In this document: piece by piece, positions 8,319-16,797 of the stretch
Position numbering within the stretch: the first letter of the stretch is position 1
Layout: each line of letters opens with the position of its first letter
DNA from: Edaphobacter aggregans
GTDB lineage: Bacteria > Acidobacteriota > Terriglobia > Terriglobales > Acidobacteriaceae
Direction of reading: 5' to 3'
Length of the DNA: 32,000 bases
Assembly: GCF_003945235.1 (NCBI RefSeq)
Contig: NZ_RSDW01000001.1
Span: 4,290,001-4,322,000, forward strand
Notes under the pieces: model-generated
Databases searched by the model: none
What the model was told of the DNA's origin: nothing
Seen by the model: only the letters and a program-made list of their open reading frames with translations
Made by a program: the position numbers and the translations under genes

Positions 8319-9617
8319 ATGCCCGCCACCATTGCGACCCCAGCCGCCTCCCTCCTTGCCCGTTACAAGGCCGTTCGCCACGCCACAGCTAACCTCTGTC
8401 GACCCCTCTCCCCCGAAGACATGATGGTCCAGTCCTGTCCCGAAGCAAGCCCAGTCAAATGGCATCTAGCCCACACCAGCTGGTTCTTCGAGACCTTCGT
8501 CCTCCGCGAGTTCGTCGCTGCCTACCAACCCTTCCATCCAGACTTCCCCTGGCTCTTCAACAGCTACTACAACTCCCTCGGCGACATGCCCGAGAAGAAG
8601 CTCCGCTCCTCCTTCTCCCGCCCTCCCCTCGACGCCATCCTTGCTTACCGAGCCCACGTTGACGCCGCAATGGACCGCCTTCTCCAGCACCCGCTCGAAG
8701 ACGAAGCCGCCCGCCGCATCGTCCTCGGCCTCGAGCACGAGCAGCAGCATCAAGAGCTCATCGCCACCGACATCAAGCACGCTCTCTTCACCAACCCGCT
8801 GCATCCCGCCTACCTCGAAGCCCCACCCGAGCAAAAGCCGACCCCCACCATAGCTCCGCCGCTCGACTGGATCACCTTCAATCCCGGCCTCACCGAAATC
8901 GGCCTCACCCTCGACCCCGCCTCCATCGAAGCCTTCGCCTTCGACAACGAGACCCCGCGCCACAAGGTCTACATCGCGCCCTTCCGCCTCGCCAACCGTC
9001 CCATCACCTGCGCCGAATACCTCGCCTTCATGGAACAAAACGGCTACAACCGCCCCGAGCTTTGGCTCTCCGAAGGCTGGATTACCCAGCGCGCCGAAGG
9101 CTGGCAAGCCCCCCTGTACTGGCAGCGCGACACCACCACAAAGTCCGGATGGTGCATCTACACCCTGCACGGCTTCATTCCCCTCGAAGACCTCAGCGAA
9201 ACCCCCGTCTGCCACCTCAGCTTCTTCGAGGCCGACGCCTACGCGCGCTGGGTCGGCCACCGCCTCCCCACCGAATTCGAGTGGGAGCATGCAACTCAGT
9301 CCCACCCCGTTCAAGGCAACCTCCTCGAAACCGGCAACCTCCACCCCACCGCCGCACCCCCAAACGAAGGCCTTCAGCAGATCTTCGGCGACGTTTGGGA
9401 GTGGACTGCCAGCGGCTACACCGGCTACCCCGGCTACCATCCCCTCCCCGGTGCCCTCGGCGAGTACAACGGCAAGTTCATGTCCTCCCAAATGGTTCTC
9501 CGAGGAGGCTCGTGCGTAACCCCCGCCACCCACATCCGCGCCACCTACCGCAACTTCTTCACCCCCGCCACACGTTGGCAGTTCTCCGGCCTCCGCGTGG
9601 CCCACGATGCCTCTTAA
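8319..9617 (+). CDS. egtB: Ergothioneine biosynthesis sulfoxide synthase EgtB (DinB-like + FGE-sulfatase-like domains)
   Basis: The ORF is 432 aa. The N-terminal DinB-like part carries KWHLAHTSWFFE and LGLEHEQQHQELIATDIKH. The C-terminal FGE-like part carries GDVWEWTASGYTGYPGY...LRGGSCVTP...YRNFF. Length and motifs fit EgtB. Confidence 0.9.
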   Translation: MPATIATPAASLLARYKAVRHATANLCRPLSPEDMMVQSCPEASPVKWHLAHTSWFFETFVLREFVAAYQPFHPDFPWLFNSYYNSLGDMPEKKLRSSFSRPPLDAILAYRAHVDAAMDRLLQHPLEDEAARRIVLGLEHEQQHQELIATDIKHALFTNPLHPAYLEAPPEQKPTPTIAPPLDWITFNPGLTEIGLTLDPASIEAFAFDNETPRHKVYIAPFRLANRPITCAEYLAFMEQNGYNRPELWLSEGWITQRAEGWQAPLYWQRDTTTKSGWCIYTLHGFIPLEDLSETPVCHLSFFEADAYARWVGHRLPTEFEWEHATQSHPVQGNLLETGNLHPTAAPPNEGLQQIFGDVWEWTASGYTGYPGYHPLPGALGEYNGKFMSSQMVLRGGSCVTPATHIRATYRNFFTPATRWQFSGLRVAHDAS

Positions 9618-9848
9618 GCGAATCCTGACACCGACAAATCCTGGCAGCTGATTCCGGACAAAAATGCATAGAGCGTTTAGCGTACAGTTGCTCTATTCAG
9701 AATCAAGCTTCTTTACAGATCCACCCCCTCCCCAGGATGAGGTGTCATGGCGACTTCTGTAACTGTTCCCATCCGGCGACGCAACTGATAGCCGATCATC
9801 GGTATAGACTGTTTCAGCGCAATCGACGTGCGCGAAGGGGTGTGTGTC

Positions 9849-12005
9849 ATGGCCCTGGTTACTGATCCACATAAATCTGAGGCAGCCAAAACCGGCGCAG
9901 TTACACAACAAACCCATCGAGTCGTCACTCCAGCAACGACGATCGGATCAAGCTCCCCACTCGGAGCCACCGTCCGCGACGGCGGTGTGAATTTCAGTAT
10001 CTTCTCTCGCAAAGCAACCAGCGTCGAACTATTGTTCTTCGACCGCGAAGACGACGCACTCCCCTCACGCATCATCACCATCAACCCCGAGACGAACCGC
10101 ACCTACCACTACTGGCACATATTCGTGCCCGACCTACAGCCTGGCCAGATCTACGGCTATCGAATCCATGGACCGTCGGATCCCGCCAGCGGCCTATCCT
10201 TCAATCCCGCCAAAGTTCTTCTCGATCCTTACGGTCGTAGTGTAGTCGTTCCCAAAAACTACAACCGAGATATCGCACGAGAGGCAGGGGACAACACGGC
10301 AACCGCGATGAAAAGCGTAGTCGTCGATCCCGATGCCTACGACTGGGAAGGCGACCTACCGCTCAAACACTCGTCAGCACAGACAATCGTTTACGAGATG
10401 CATGTACGAGGTTTCACGCGTCATCCGAACTCTGGCGTCGCCCCCGAGATCAGCGGCACCTATCGTGGCTTGATCGAAAAAATTCCCTATCTTCAGCAAC
10501 TCGGTGTAACCGCAATCGAACTGCTGCCGGTCTTCCAGTTCGACGCCCAGGATTGCCCGCCTGGCCTCGTCAACTACTGGGGGTATCAACCTATCTCCTT
10601 CTTCGCCCCTCATCACGCCTACAGCTCACGTCAGGATCCTCTCGGCCCTATCGAGGAGTTTCGCGATATGGTCAAGGCTCTCCATCGTGCAAAAATTGAG
10701 GTGATTCTCGATGTCGTCTTCAATCACACCGCTGAAGGCGATCACACTGGCCCGACCTTGTGTTTTCGCGGAATCGACAATAGCGCCTACTACATCATCG
10801 ATAGCCACACCTCACGCTATTTAGACTTCAGCGGTTGTGGAAACACACTCAATACCAACAACCCCACCGTCCGCCGCATGATCCTCGACAGCCTCCGCTA
10901 CTGGGTCCAGGAGATGCACGTAGACGGCTTTCGCTTCGACCTCGCGTCGGTCCTCGCCCGCGACTCCGCTGGCCAGTTGATGGCCGACCCGCCCCTCATC
11001 TGGGATATAGAATCCGATCCTGTCCTCGCCGGGATCAAAGTGATCGCCGAAGCCTGGGATGCCGCCGGCCTGTATCAGGTAGGAAGTTTCGTAGGCGACA
11101 GCTGGAAGGAATGGAACGGACGGTTTCGTGACGATGTACGAAGCTTCTTCCGCGGTGATAACGGCACTGTCTGTCGCTTCGCCGACCGCATCCTTGGTAG
11201 CAGCGAAATCTACGCCCACGATAACCGCGAGGCAGAGCAGAGCGTGAACTTCGTAACCTGCCACGACGGATTCACGCTCAACGACCTCGTCTCCTACAAC
11301 CAGAAGCACAACCAATCCAACGGCGACGACAATCGCGACGGCGCTGACGACAATCGCAGCTGGAACCACGGCATCGAAGGCCCTACCGACGATCCCGCCA
11401 TAGAGACCCTCCGAGGCCGACAGGTCAAAAACATGCTGACCACCACCTTACTCGCGCTCGGTATGCCCATGATTCTGATGGGCGACGAAGTTCGTCGCAC
11501 CCAGGACGGCAACAACAATGCATATTGTCACGACGATGAGAGCGCTTGGTTCGATTGGTCGCTCCTCCAAAAATACCCGGACGTACATCGATTCGTGCAG
11601 ATCCTCATCGCGAGACGCCTCCTGCGAGATACTGGCCCCGAGCGCCATCAGATAACTTTGACTCAGTTGATCAAATCTGCAATCAAGGATTGGCACGGCG
11701 TAAAACTCAACCAACCCGACTGGAACGAGGACTCACACAGCATTGCATTCAGCGTCTATCTCGCTGGGGAAAATACATTCTTCTACTTCATCTTTAACGC
11801 CTACTGGGAACCGCTCGACTTCGAACTTCCCATCCTCATCAACGGCGATAAACATCCTTGGTGCCGATGGATCGATACGTATTTGGATTCGCCGCAAGAC
11901 ATCGTCGAGTGGCAGAACCCACCAGCGGTCTCAGGCCACACCTATCGAGCAGGCCCCCGGTCTGTAGTCGTACTCACCTGCGCAGAGCCGTCTCTTTCGC
12001 CGTAG
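9849..12005 (+). CDS. glgX: Glycogen debranching enzyme GlgX (GH13 isoamylase-type)
   Basis: This is the ORF-track frame 9828..12005. I start it at ATG 9849, which has GAAGGGG about 9 nt upstream. Supporting motifs are PLGATVRDGGVNFSIFS, YWGYQPISFFAPH, VILDVVFNHTAEG, GFRFDLASVL, AEAWDAAG and FVTCHDGFTLNDLVSY. Confidence 0.92.
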   Translation: MALVTDPHKSEAAKTGAVTQQTHRVVTPATTIGSSSPLGATVRDGGVNFSIFSRKATSVELLFFDREDDALPSRIITINPETNRTYHYWHIFVPDLQPGQIYGYRIHGPSDPASGLSFNPAKVLLDPYGRSVVVPKNYNRDIAREAGDNTATAMKSVVVDPDAYDWEGDLPLKHSSAQTIVYEMHVRGFTRHPNSGVAPEISGTYRGLIEKIPYLQQLGVTAIELLPVFQFDAQDCPPGLVNYWGYQPISFFAPHHAYSSRQDPLGPIEEFRDMVKALHRAKIEVILDVVFNHTAEGDHTGPTLCFRGIDNSAYYIIDSHTSRYLDFSGCGNTLNTNNPTVRRMILDSLRYWVQEMHVDGFRFDLASVLARDSAGQLMADPPLIWDIESDPVLAGIKVIAEAWDAAGLYQVGSFVGDSWKEWNGRFRDDVRSFFRGDNGTVCRFADRILGSSEIYAHDNREAEQSVNFVTCHDGFTLNDLVSYNQKHNQSNGDDNRDGADDNRSWNHGIEGPTDDPAIETLRGRQVKNMLTTTLLALGMPMILMGDEVRRTQDGNNNAYCHDDESAWFDWSLLQKYPDVHRFVQILIARRLLRDTGPERHQITLTQLIKSAIKDWHGVKLNQPDWNEDSHSIAFSVYLAGENTFFYFIFNAYWEPLDFELPILINGDKHPWCRWIDTYLDSPQDIVEWQNPPAVSGHTYRAGPRSVVVLTCAEPSLSP

Positions 12006-12747
12006 CAGTCCAAATCACCGCATCTTCCATCAACCTGTTCTGCACCTCGCTGGTGAAGATTCTGTCGCCATGTCCCATATTCATGTAGAGCATGCGATAC
12101 CGCGTGTTAGTCCACACCACAGGAAGATCGCCACCCGTTATTACGTCCTTCATCCCAATCGGATAATTCGAGGGCGAAAGCGTAATCAGAACCTTCACAT
12201 CACGATTCAGCCGCGGAGAAGGCCGCCAGATATACCACTCGTTAGTAGGCGAGAGAAAGCTGGCAGGTATGCGCTTCACCACCGGGTGACCAGGATCATC
12301 CACTGTCAGTGTCGCAGGCAGAGGAGGCCAGTTATTTCCGTAAAACACTCCGCCGCCAAGAAACTGCACAAACCAAGGCCAGTGCGTGCCTTCGTCGTTA
12401 TAAGCCGCGATGTGAAAGCCAAGCCAGCCTCCTCCATGCTCCATATACTTTTCAAACGCGGCACGCTGCGGCTCTGTGTGCGGAAAGTCATCCAGCCACG
12501 CAACAAGCTGATATCCCGCAAGCTTTTCCGCATTGAGGTCATCCCAGTTTTGAGTAGTCGAAAACTCGAAGTGATCACGCTGCGCTGCCGCTTTGTAAAA
12601 CTCGATCGCCTGATGCGCAAAATCAACATGATCGCGCTCGACCGTCTCCGAATAAAATGCAAGCACATGAAACGCCGGTTGTTGCTGTGCGTCAGCCACA
12701 CCCACCATTCCCGCAAGCCCAAAGATCATCAGGAGAAAGCACTTCAT
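11974..12747 (-). CDS. Secreted ThuA-like (trehalose-utilisation/GATase1-like) domain protein, paralog 2
   Basis: The frame is 11974..12762, and I start it at ATG 12745-12747. That start gives MKCFLLMIFGLAGMVGVADAQQ as a signal peptide. Its ATG overlaps the upstream paralog's TGA (ATGA at 12744-12747). FHVLAFYSE...GGGWLGFHIAAY...DLPVVWTNTRYRMLYMNMGH fits the ThuA-like fold. Confidence 0.75.
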   Translation of the reverse strand: MKCFLLMIFGLAGMVGVADAQQQPAFHVLAFYSETVERDHVDFAHQAIEFYKAAAQRDHFEFSTTQNWDDLNAEKLAGYQLVAWLDDFPHTEPQRAAFEKYMEHGGGWLGFHIAAYNDEGTHWPWFVQFLGGGVFYGNNWPPLPATLTVDDPGHPVVKRIPASFLSPTNEWYIWRPSPRLNRDVKVLITLSPSNYPIGMKDVITGGDLPVVWTNTRYRMLYMNMGHGDRIFTSEVQNRLMEDAVIWTATAKETALRR

Positions 12748-13511
12748 CGACCCGCCGCCCAAACAATAGAGTTGTGAAACAGCGTCGTGAAAGCGCTGTT
12801 CTGAAAAAGCTCCGGATGATGCCCCATGAAGATATAAATATTCCGCGCTTTCACCTGCTCATTCGACCACACGACAGGATGATCTCCCATCTTGATCTTG
12901 GTGTCGGGTCGATACGTCTTCTCATCCACACTGGCAAGAACATGCACATTCTCCCGCGGCGATCGGTTCCACCGATACCACTCCTCATTTTCAATGACGA
13001 ATGAGCGAGGCACACCCCGCATCGCCGGATGGTCCGGTGCTTCCACATTTACGGTGCCCGTCGCAAAGGTCGGAATGTAAGTCTCAAAGCGGATGCCGCC
13101 CATGAACTGCGAAAACCACGGCCACATCGCAAAGCCATCGAACTCGCCAAGCAGCGTCGCATGATGAAAACCGATCCACCCGATCGTCCCGTTCTCAATC
13201 GCATCGGTAAAAGCCGCAGCGGCAACCGGAGTCCAGTTGTAAGGCGGATAGTTGAGTTGGATGAAGAGCCGATACTTCGAAAGATACGCCGCATCAATCA
13301 GCTTCGTATCCTCGATATAGTCGATCGTGAAGCGGTCAACGCTGGCCTCCCGCTCAAGCCAGATCTTGGCTGCATCCACAAAAGGCTGGTGAAGCCCTCC
13401 ACGTTCTGCAATCGCCAGCACCCTAAATGTAGAAGAACTCTGCTGCGCCGGAACTCGCACCGCCAGCAGAAATAACGCAATCGCTATCATCCAGAGATGC
13501 ACTCGAAACAT
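12744..13511 (-). CDS. Secreted ThuA-like domain protein, paralog 1
   Basis: The frame is 12744..13784. I chose ATG 13509-13511, which has GGAGG 10 nt upstream. That start gives MFRVHLWMIAIALFLLAVRVPAQQ as a signal peptide. ATG at 13556 or 13544 is also possible. The protein is collinear with paralog 2: FRVLAIAERGG...GTIGWIGFHHATL...DHPVVWSNEQVKARNIYIFMGH. Confidence 0.7.
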   Translation of the reverse strand: MFRVHLWMIAIALFLLAVRVPAQQSSSTFRVLAIAERGGLHQPFVDAAKIWLEREASVDRFTIDYIEDTKLIDAAYLSKYRLFIQLNYPPYNWTPVAAAAFTDAIENGTIGWIGFHHATLLGEFDGFAMWPWFSQFMGGIRFETYIPTFATGTVNVEAPDHPAMRGVPRSFVIENEEWYRWNRSPRENVHVLASVDEKTYRPDTKIKMGDHPVVWSNEQVKARNIYIFMGHHPELFQNSAFTTLFHNSIVWAAGR

Positions 13512-13662
13512 ACAGCGGACACCTCCGAAAAATCTTCGAATCATTCCACGTGCCATCCTGTTCTTGTTGTTTGTCGCAGTATGAAGGCAAGCTGCTAAGA
13601 TCGCTTTCATTGTAGCCAAGCCATAAACAACGCCACAGGTAAGAGTTGAGGCCCAAACCGGG

Positions 13663-14733
13663 ATGCATCCATTACATCCGCAAGCCACTAGCTCGCGTCT
13701 TCTGTCACTGGCGCTGATCATGCTCGGACCCTCTCTTGGAATCGCGCAGCAGACGCAACCGCAACCTTCCACCGCACTCATCAATCGAAACGCAATCGCC
13801 TACAGCCCGAGCACGGCCAAGATCTACGTGGTTGACCCTATCCACAGCGCCGTCTCTATCGTTGCCCCCACAAAAGCTGCGAAGAGTCTGCCCGTTGGCT
13901 CTGGCCCGGAAGCGATAGCCGTGAACAATCGAACCGGATTCGTTTACGTGGCAAACTCCGGCAGCCGCTCCGTCTCGGTCATCGACGGAAAGACGGACGC
14001 GGTGATCGCTACGATACCCACCGCGGCGCGCCCTTATGCCATTGCACTCGACGAGCTGGCCAATAAGATCTACGTTTCGAACACCTTCAGCAACATGCTC
14101 ACCGTCATCGACGGCAACACCAACACTGCGACCAATCTCAAGACTGGCTCGGCAGATGACATAGTCGTCGATCCTGACAAAAATCAGATCTATCTCCTCG
14201 GCTACGAAAGCACCACCGTCACTGCCGTCAACACAAAGACCAACGCGATCACGAAGATACCTGCCGGTGCATTCCATCTCTGGGGAATCGCCAAATTGGG
14301 CCAGACCCTCTACGTAACCCATGTGCAGGACGCGAGTGTAGCTGCAATCGACACCGACACCAGCGCTGTCGCTAACATCGCCACCGGATCGATGCCATGC
14401 GCTCTAGCAGTCAACGATCGCACCGGAGAGCTCTATGTCGCGAACTACGCAGGCGATTCAGTAACGCTGATCGACAAAAACGGAGCCGCGACCGCCACGA
14501 TACCCGCAGGCCATCACCCGCAAGCCATCGCCATCGACGCTGACAAGAACCTGGTCTACGTGGCAAACACTCAGGAAAATAAAGTCACCATAATCGATGG
14601 AAGGGCCCGTCAAGTCCTGAAAACCGTCAAGGCAGGCGAGCATCCCTACGCCTTGGCACTCAATCTGTCCACCCACACCGTCTACGTCGCAAATCTGGGC
14701 GAAATTCCCTTCACCGCGCTCCCTGCGCGATAA
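13663..14733 (+). CDS. Secreted YVTN-family (YncE-like) beta-propeller repeat protein
   Basis: The ORF is 356 aa with signal peptide MHPLHPQATSSRLLSLALIMLGPSLGIAQQ. It has repeated blades of about 40 aa, of the type P.AIA.....(K/F)(I/V)YVAN.....V(S/T)VIDG.T......I. Confidence 0.8.
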   Translation: MHPLHPQATSSRLLSLALIMLGPSLGIAQQTQPQPSTALINRNAIAYSPSTAKIYVVDPIHSAVSIVAPTKAAKSLPVGSGPEAIAVNNRTGFVYVANSGSRSVSVIDGKTDAVIATIPTAARPYAIALDELANKIYVSNTFSNMLTVIDGNTNTATNLKTGSADDIVVDPDKNQIYLLGYESTTVTAVNTKTNAITKIPAGAFHLWGIAKLGQTLYVTHVQDASVAAIDTDTSAVANIATGSMPCALAVNDRTGELYVANYAGDSVTLIDKNGAATATIPAGHHPQAIAIDADKNLVYVANTQENKVTIIDGRARQVLKTVKAGEHPYALALNLSTHTVYVANLGEIPFTALPAR

Positions 14734-14738
14734 TCAAT

Positions 14739-14782
14739 GGGAAGATTGGCTTCCCCTCGACTTACTGACACCGTACTGTCAG
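14739..14782 (+). terminator. Two short tandem hairpins after the beta-propeller gene (possible terminator, no U-tract)
   Basis: The first hairpin pairs GGGAAG (14739-14744) with CTTCCC (14750-14755). The second pairs CTGACA (14765-14770) with TGTCAG (14777-14782). Confidence 0.25.
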
Positions 14783-14875
14783 CAGGTTGCAATTTTCACC
14801 GAACATCACCGGCACAAGCTGCATCCAATTCCAAAGCGGTTCAGGCCGCGCACATCAGGAAGGGAAACCCCAACG

Positions 14876-15943
14876 GTGCCATTCACCCCTGCGGTCTCTG
14901 AACTCCCCGAAATAGCGCCGGATATTGTCATTGCTTCCAATCCCGCCGAGGCGATAGCCGGTGAAGTGCGCGCCGGCCTCACCTCCATCCCTAAGACTCT
15001 CTCCCCCTGGCTCTTCTACGATGAGACCGGCTCCCGTCTCTTCGAGCAGATCACCGAACTGCCGGAGTACTACCTCACCCGCACCGAGCGCGCCATCTTC
15101 CACACCCACGCCGACGAGATCATCGCGGAGGCATCCCGTCCCACCGGCAACGACCCCGCACCCATCCTCACACTCATCGAGCTCGGCGCCGGGACCGCCA
15201 CCAAGACCGGCATCCTCCTCGCAGCCGCTGTCCGCCGGCAGGGACGCGTCGTGTACCAGCCCGTCGACGTCTCCGTCACCGCGCTCGAGGCCGCGACCGA
15301 AAACATCCGCGCCAACGTTCCCGGCGTCACCGTCCGCTGTCAGGTCGCCGACTACACCACACAGGCTCTCCCGCTTAATCGCCTGCCTAACACTCGCACC
15401 CTCGCCCTCTACATCGGCTCCAGCATAGGCAACTTCTCGCCCGACGATGCGCGTGACGTCCTCCGCAACCTCCGCGCCCAGCTACTTCCCGGCGACACCC
15501 TTCTACTCGGCACCGATCTGGCTCCGCTAAACGGCGCCTCATCTTCGACCAAAGATGAATCTACCCTTCTCGCGGCCTACAACGACGACGCCGGGGTAAC
15601 TGCTGCCTTCAATAGCAATGTCCTCGCCCGCCTCAACCGCGAACTCGGCGCCAACTTCAACCTCAACCGCTTCATTCATAAAGCCATCTGGAACTCTGAA
15701 GAGTCGCGCATCGAGATGCACCTCGAGTCCCTTGTTCCGCAGCGCGTCCACATACCTGAAAACACCTCCGGGTCGGCCTTTACTCTAGACTTTGCGGCGG
15801 GTGAGTCAATCCATACTGAAAACAGCTATAAGTTCACCCCCGCCCGGGTAGAACGTCTGCTGACCTCGTCTGGCTTCACGCTCACGCGCCAATGGCAGGA
15901 CCCGCAGCACTTCTTCGCCGTGAATCTCGCCACAGCTGTCTAA
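14876..15943 (+). CDS. egtD: L-histidine N-alpha-methyltransferase EgtD (hercynine synthase)
   Basis: The ORF is 355 aa and starts at GTG, with AGGAAGGGA about 10 nt upstream. Supporting motifs are KTLSPWLFYDETGSRLFEQITELPEYYLTRTERAIF, LIELGAGTATKT, YIGSSIGNF and SYKFT, all characteristic of EgtD. Confidence 0.88.
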   Translation: MPFTPAVSELPEIAPDIVIASNPAEAIAGEVRAGLTSIPKTLSPWLFYDETGSRLFEQITELPEYYLTRTERAIFHTHADEIIAEASRPTGNDPAPILTLIELGAGTATKTGILLAAAVRRQGRVVYQPVDVSVTALEAATENIRANVPGVTVRCQVADYTTQALPLNRLPNTRTLALYIGSSIGNFSPDDARDVLRNLRAQLLPGDTLLLGTDLAPLNGASSSTKDESTLLAAYNDDAGVTAAFNSNVLARLNRELGANFNLNRFIHKAIWNSEESRIEMHLESLVPQRVHIPENTSGSAFTLDFAAGESIHTENSYKFTPARVERLLTSSGFTLTRQWQDPQHFFAVNLATAV

Positions 15944-15958
15944 AAACAGCCTGCCCCT

Positions 15959-15990
15959 AAAGCTCGTCATTCTGAGCGCAGCGAAATCCC
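15959..15990 (+). repeat. Copy of a short dispersed repeat core (AAAGCTCGTCATTCTGAGCGCAGCGAAATCCC)
   Basis: This copy shares AAAGC..GTCATYCTGAGCG and a following (A/G)(G/T)CGAA..(A/G)(T/A)CCC segment with 30916-30963 inside trmFO. From memory, GTCATCCTGAGCG-type elements are common in acidobacterial intergenic DNA. Within this window the support is a core of only about 14 nt plus flanking similarity. Confidence 0.45.
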
Positions 15991-16253
15991 TGTATTTGCT
16001 TTTGTCGTTGTCTCTTCTTTTCGCCCGGTCCACTCATCCAAACAGGACCGAACGCCGCCCCCAAAGATTTCAACAGAAATCTTCATGCGAAGTGGCCATT
16101 TTTTGAACACCGAAAAGTGACCATCCGCTAACCAGCTTTGCCACACTTTTCTCCGCTTCTTGACCACCAAAAACCATCAGGTTCCGCCCATTTTTCGCAA
16201 AACCCCACCGAAAAACGACGCAAAAAAAACTGCACAAAAAAACTCTCCAAAAT

Positions 16254-16742
16254 TCACCCCCGCCGATAATCGCCGCTCTTGCCTCCGCTTTTGCTGACGA
16301 GGACTACTTCTCGGATGCGGATACCTTTGTCGAGAGCCTTGGTCATGTCGTAGACGGTGAGGGCCGCGATCGAAGCTGCGACCATCGCCTCCATCTCAAC
16401 TCCAGTGCCGTCGACTGTTGCAGCAGTGGCCTCAATGGCGACACCTCCTGAAACTACCCGAGCCTGTACATCGACATGAGTCAGCGCAAGCGGATGACAC
16501 ATGGGGATGAGGCTGGAGGTCTGCTTGGCCGCTTGAATCCCCGCAAACCGCGCTACTTCGAGCGGATTGCCCTTGGGATTCTGGGGCAGCGCAGCCAGGA
16601 CTGCGTCGGAGAGTTCGACGAAGGCAGAGGCGACAGCTTCGCGGCGAGTCTTCGGCTTGGCGCTGACGTCGACCATGTGGGCCTGTCCAGTCTCGTCGTA
16701 GTGAGAGAGACGCTCGGGGATGTGGGCGAACTCTTTTTCCAT
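16254..16742 (-). CDS. moaC: Cyclic pyranopterin monophosphate synthase MoaC
   Basis: The ORF is 162 aa. It contains HMVDVSAKPKTRREAVA, LIPMCHPLALTHVDV and GVEMEAM..ASIAALTVYDM, which are MoaC signatures. Confidence 0.93.
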   Translation of the reverse strand: MEKEFAHIPERLSHYDETGQAHMVDVSAKPKTRREAVASAFVELSDAVLAALPQNPKGNPLEVARFAGIQAAKQTSSLIPMCHPLALTHVDVQARVVSGGVAIEATAATVDGTGVEMEAMVAASIAALTVYDMTKALDKGIRIREVVLVSKSGGKSGDYRRG

Positions 16743-16797
16743 GGGGTTAGCCTATCGTGGCAGAGGGTGCTCCGTCGCGTGATCTCCATTTTGCCAA

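Noticed and set aside
8466-9605. Long antisense 'shadow' ORFs opposite real genes. Examples are 8466-9605(-) opposite egtB, 974-2023(+) opposite the VWA gene, 12070-12777(+), 20573-21346(+), 5193-6420(+) and 24134-24754(+).
   Set aside because: Their translations are Arg/Pro/Gly/His-rich low-complexity strings with no motifs. In each case the opposite frame has strong family signatures. Long stop-free antisense frames are expected in high-GC DNA.
9625-9633. The 9-mer CTGACACCG at both edges of the glgX-ThuA-YVTN block (9625-9633 and 14765-14773), as a candidate target-site duplication.
   Set aside because: A single 9-nt match between two regions of about 150-230 nt has a chance expectation of roughly 0.1. 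The flanking bases diverge immediately, and no recombinase or terminal inverted repeats are present. I kept it only as a side note in the egtB/egtD finding.
9737-9868. Small Cys/His-rich upstream ORF (MRCHGDFCNCSHPATQLIADHRY..., about 43 codons) overlapping the glgX start in another frame.
   Set aside because: It has no spaced SD (AGG abuts the ATG), is out of frame with glgX and overlaps it, and shows no recognisable peptide family. It is most likely a random ORF in a leader region.
11974-12005. A 32-bp convergent overlap of the glgX and ThuA-like 3' ends, and the zero-gap TGATCA junction of the GNAT and 565-aa genes (27209-27214).
   Set aside because: Both involve only the last few, probably non-conserved, codons. 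Such overlaps are common in compact genomes, and nothing suggests a regulatory antisense function beyond possible transcriptional interference.
15944-16253. Possible replication origin. Silent-site skew on the plus strand seems to flip from C-rich (left) to G-rich (right) around 16 kb, next to an A-rich noncoding region.
   Set aside because: The plus-strand genes after 26 kb are again C-ending. All genes right of 16 kb would be head-on to replication. I see no cluster of DnaA boxes (TTATCCACA-like), and no dnaA, dnaN or other origin-linked genes. A whole-genome cumulative skew is needed before any such claim can be made.
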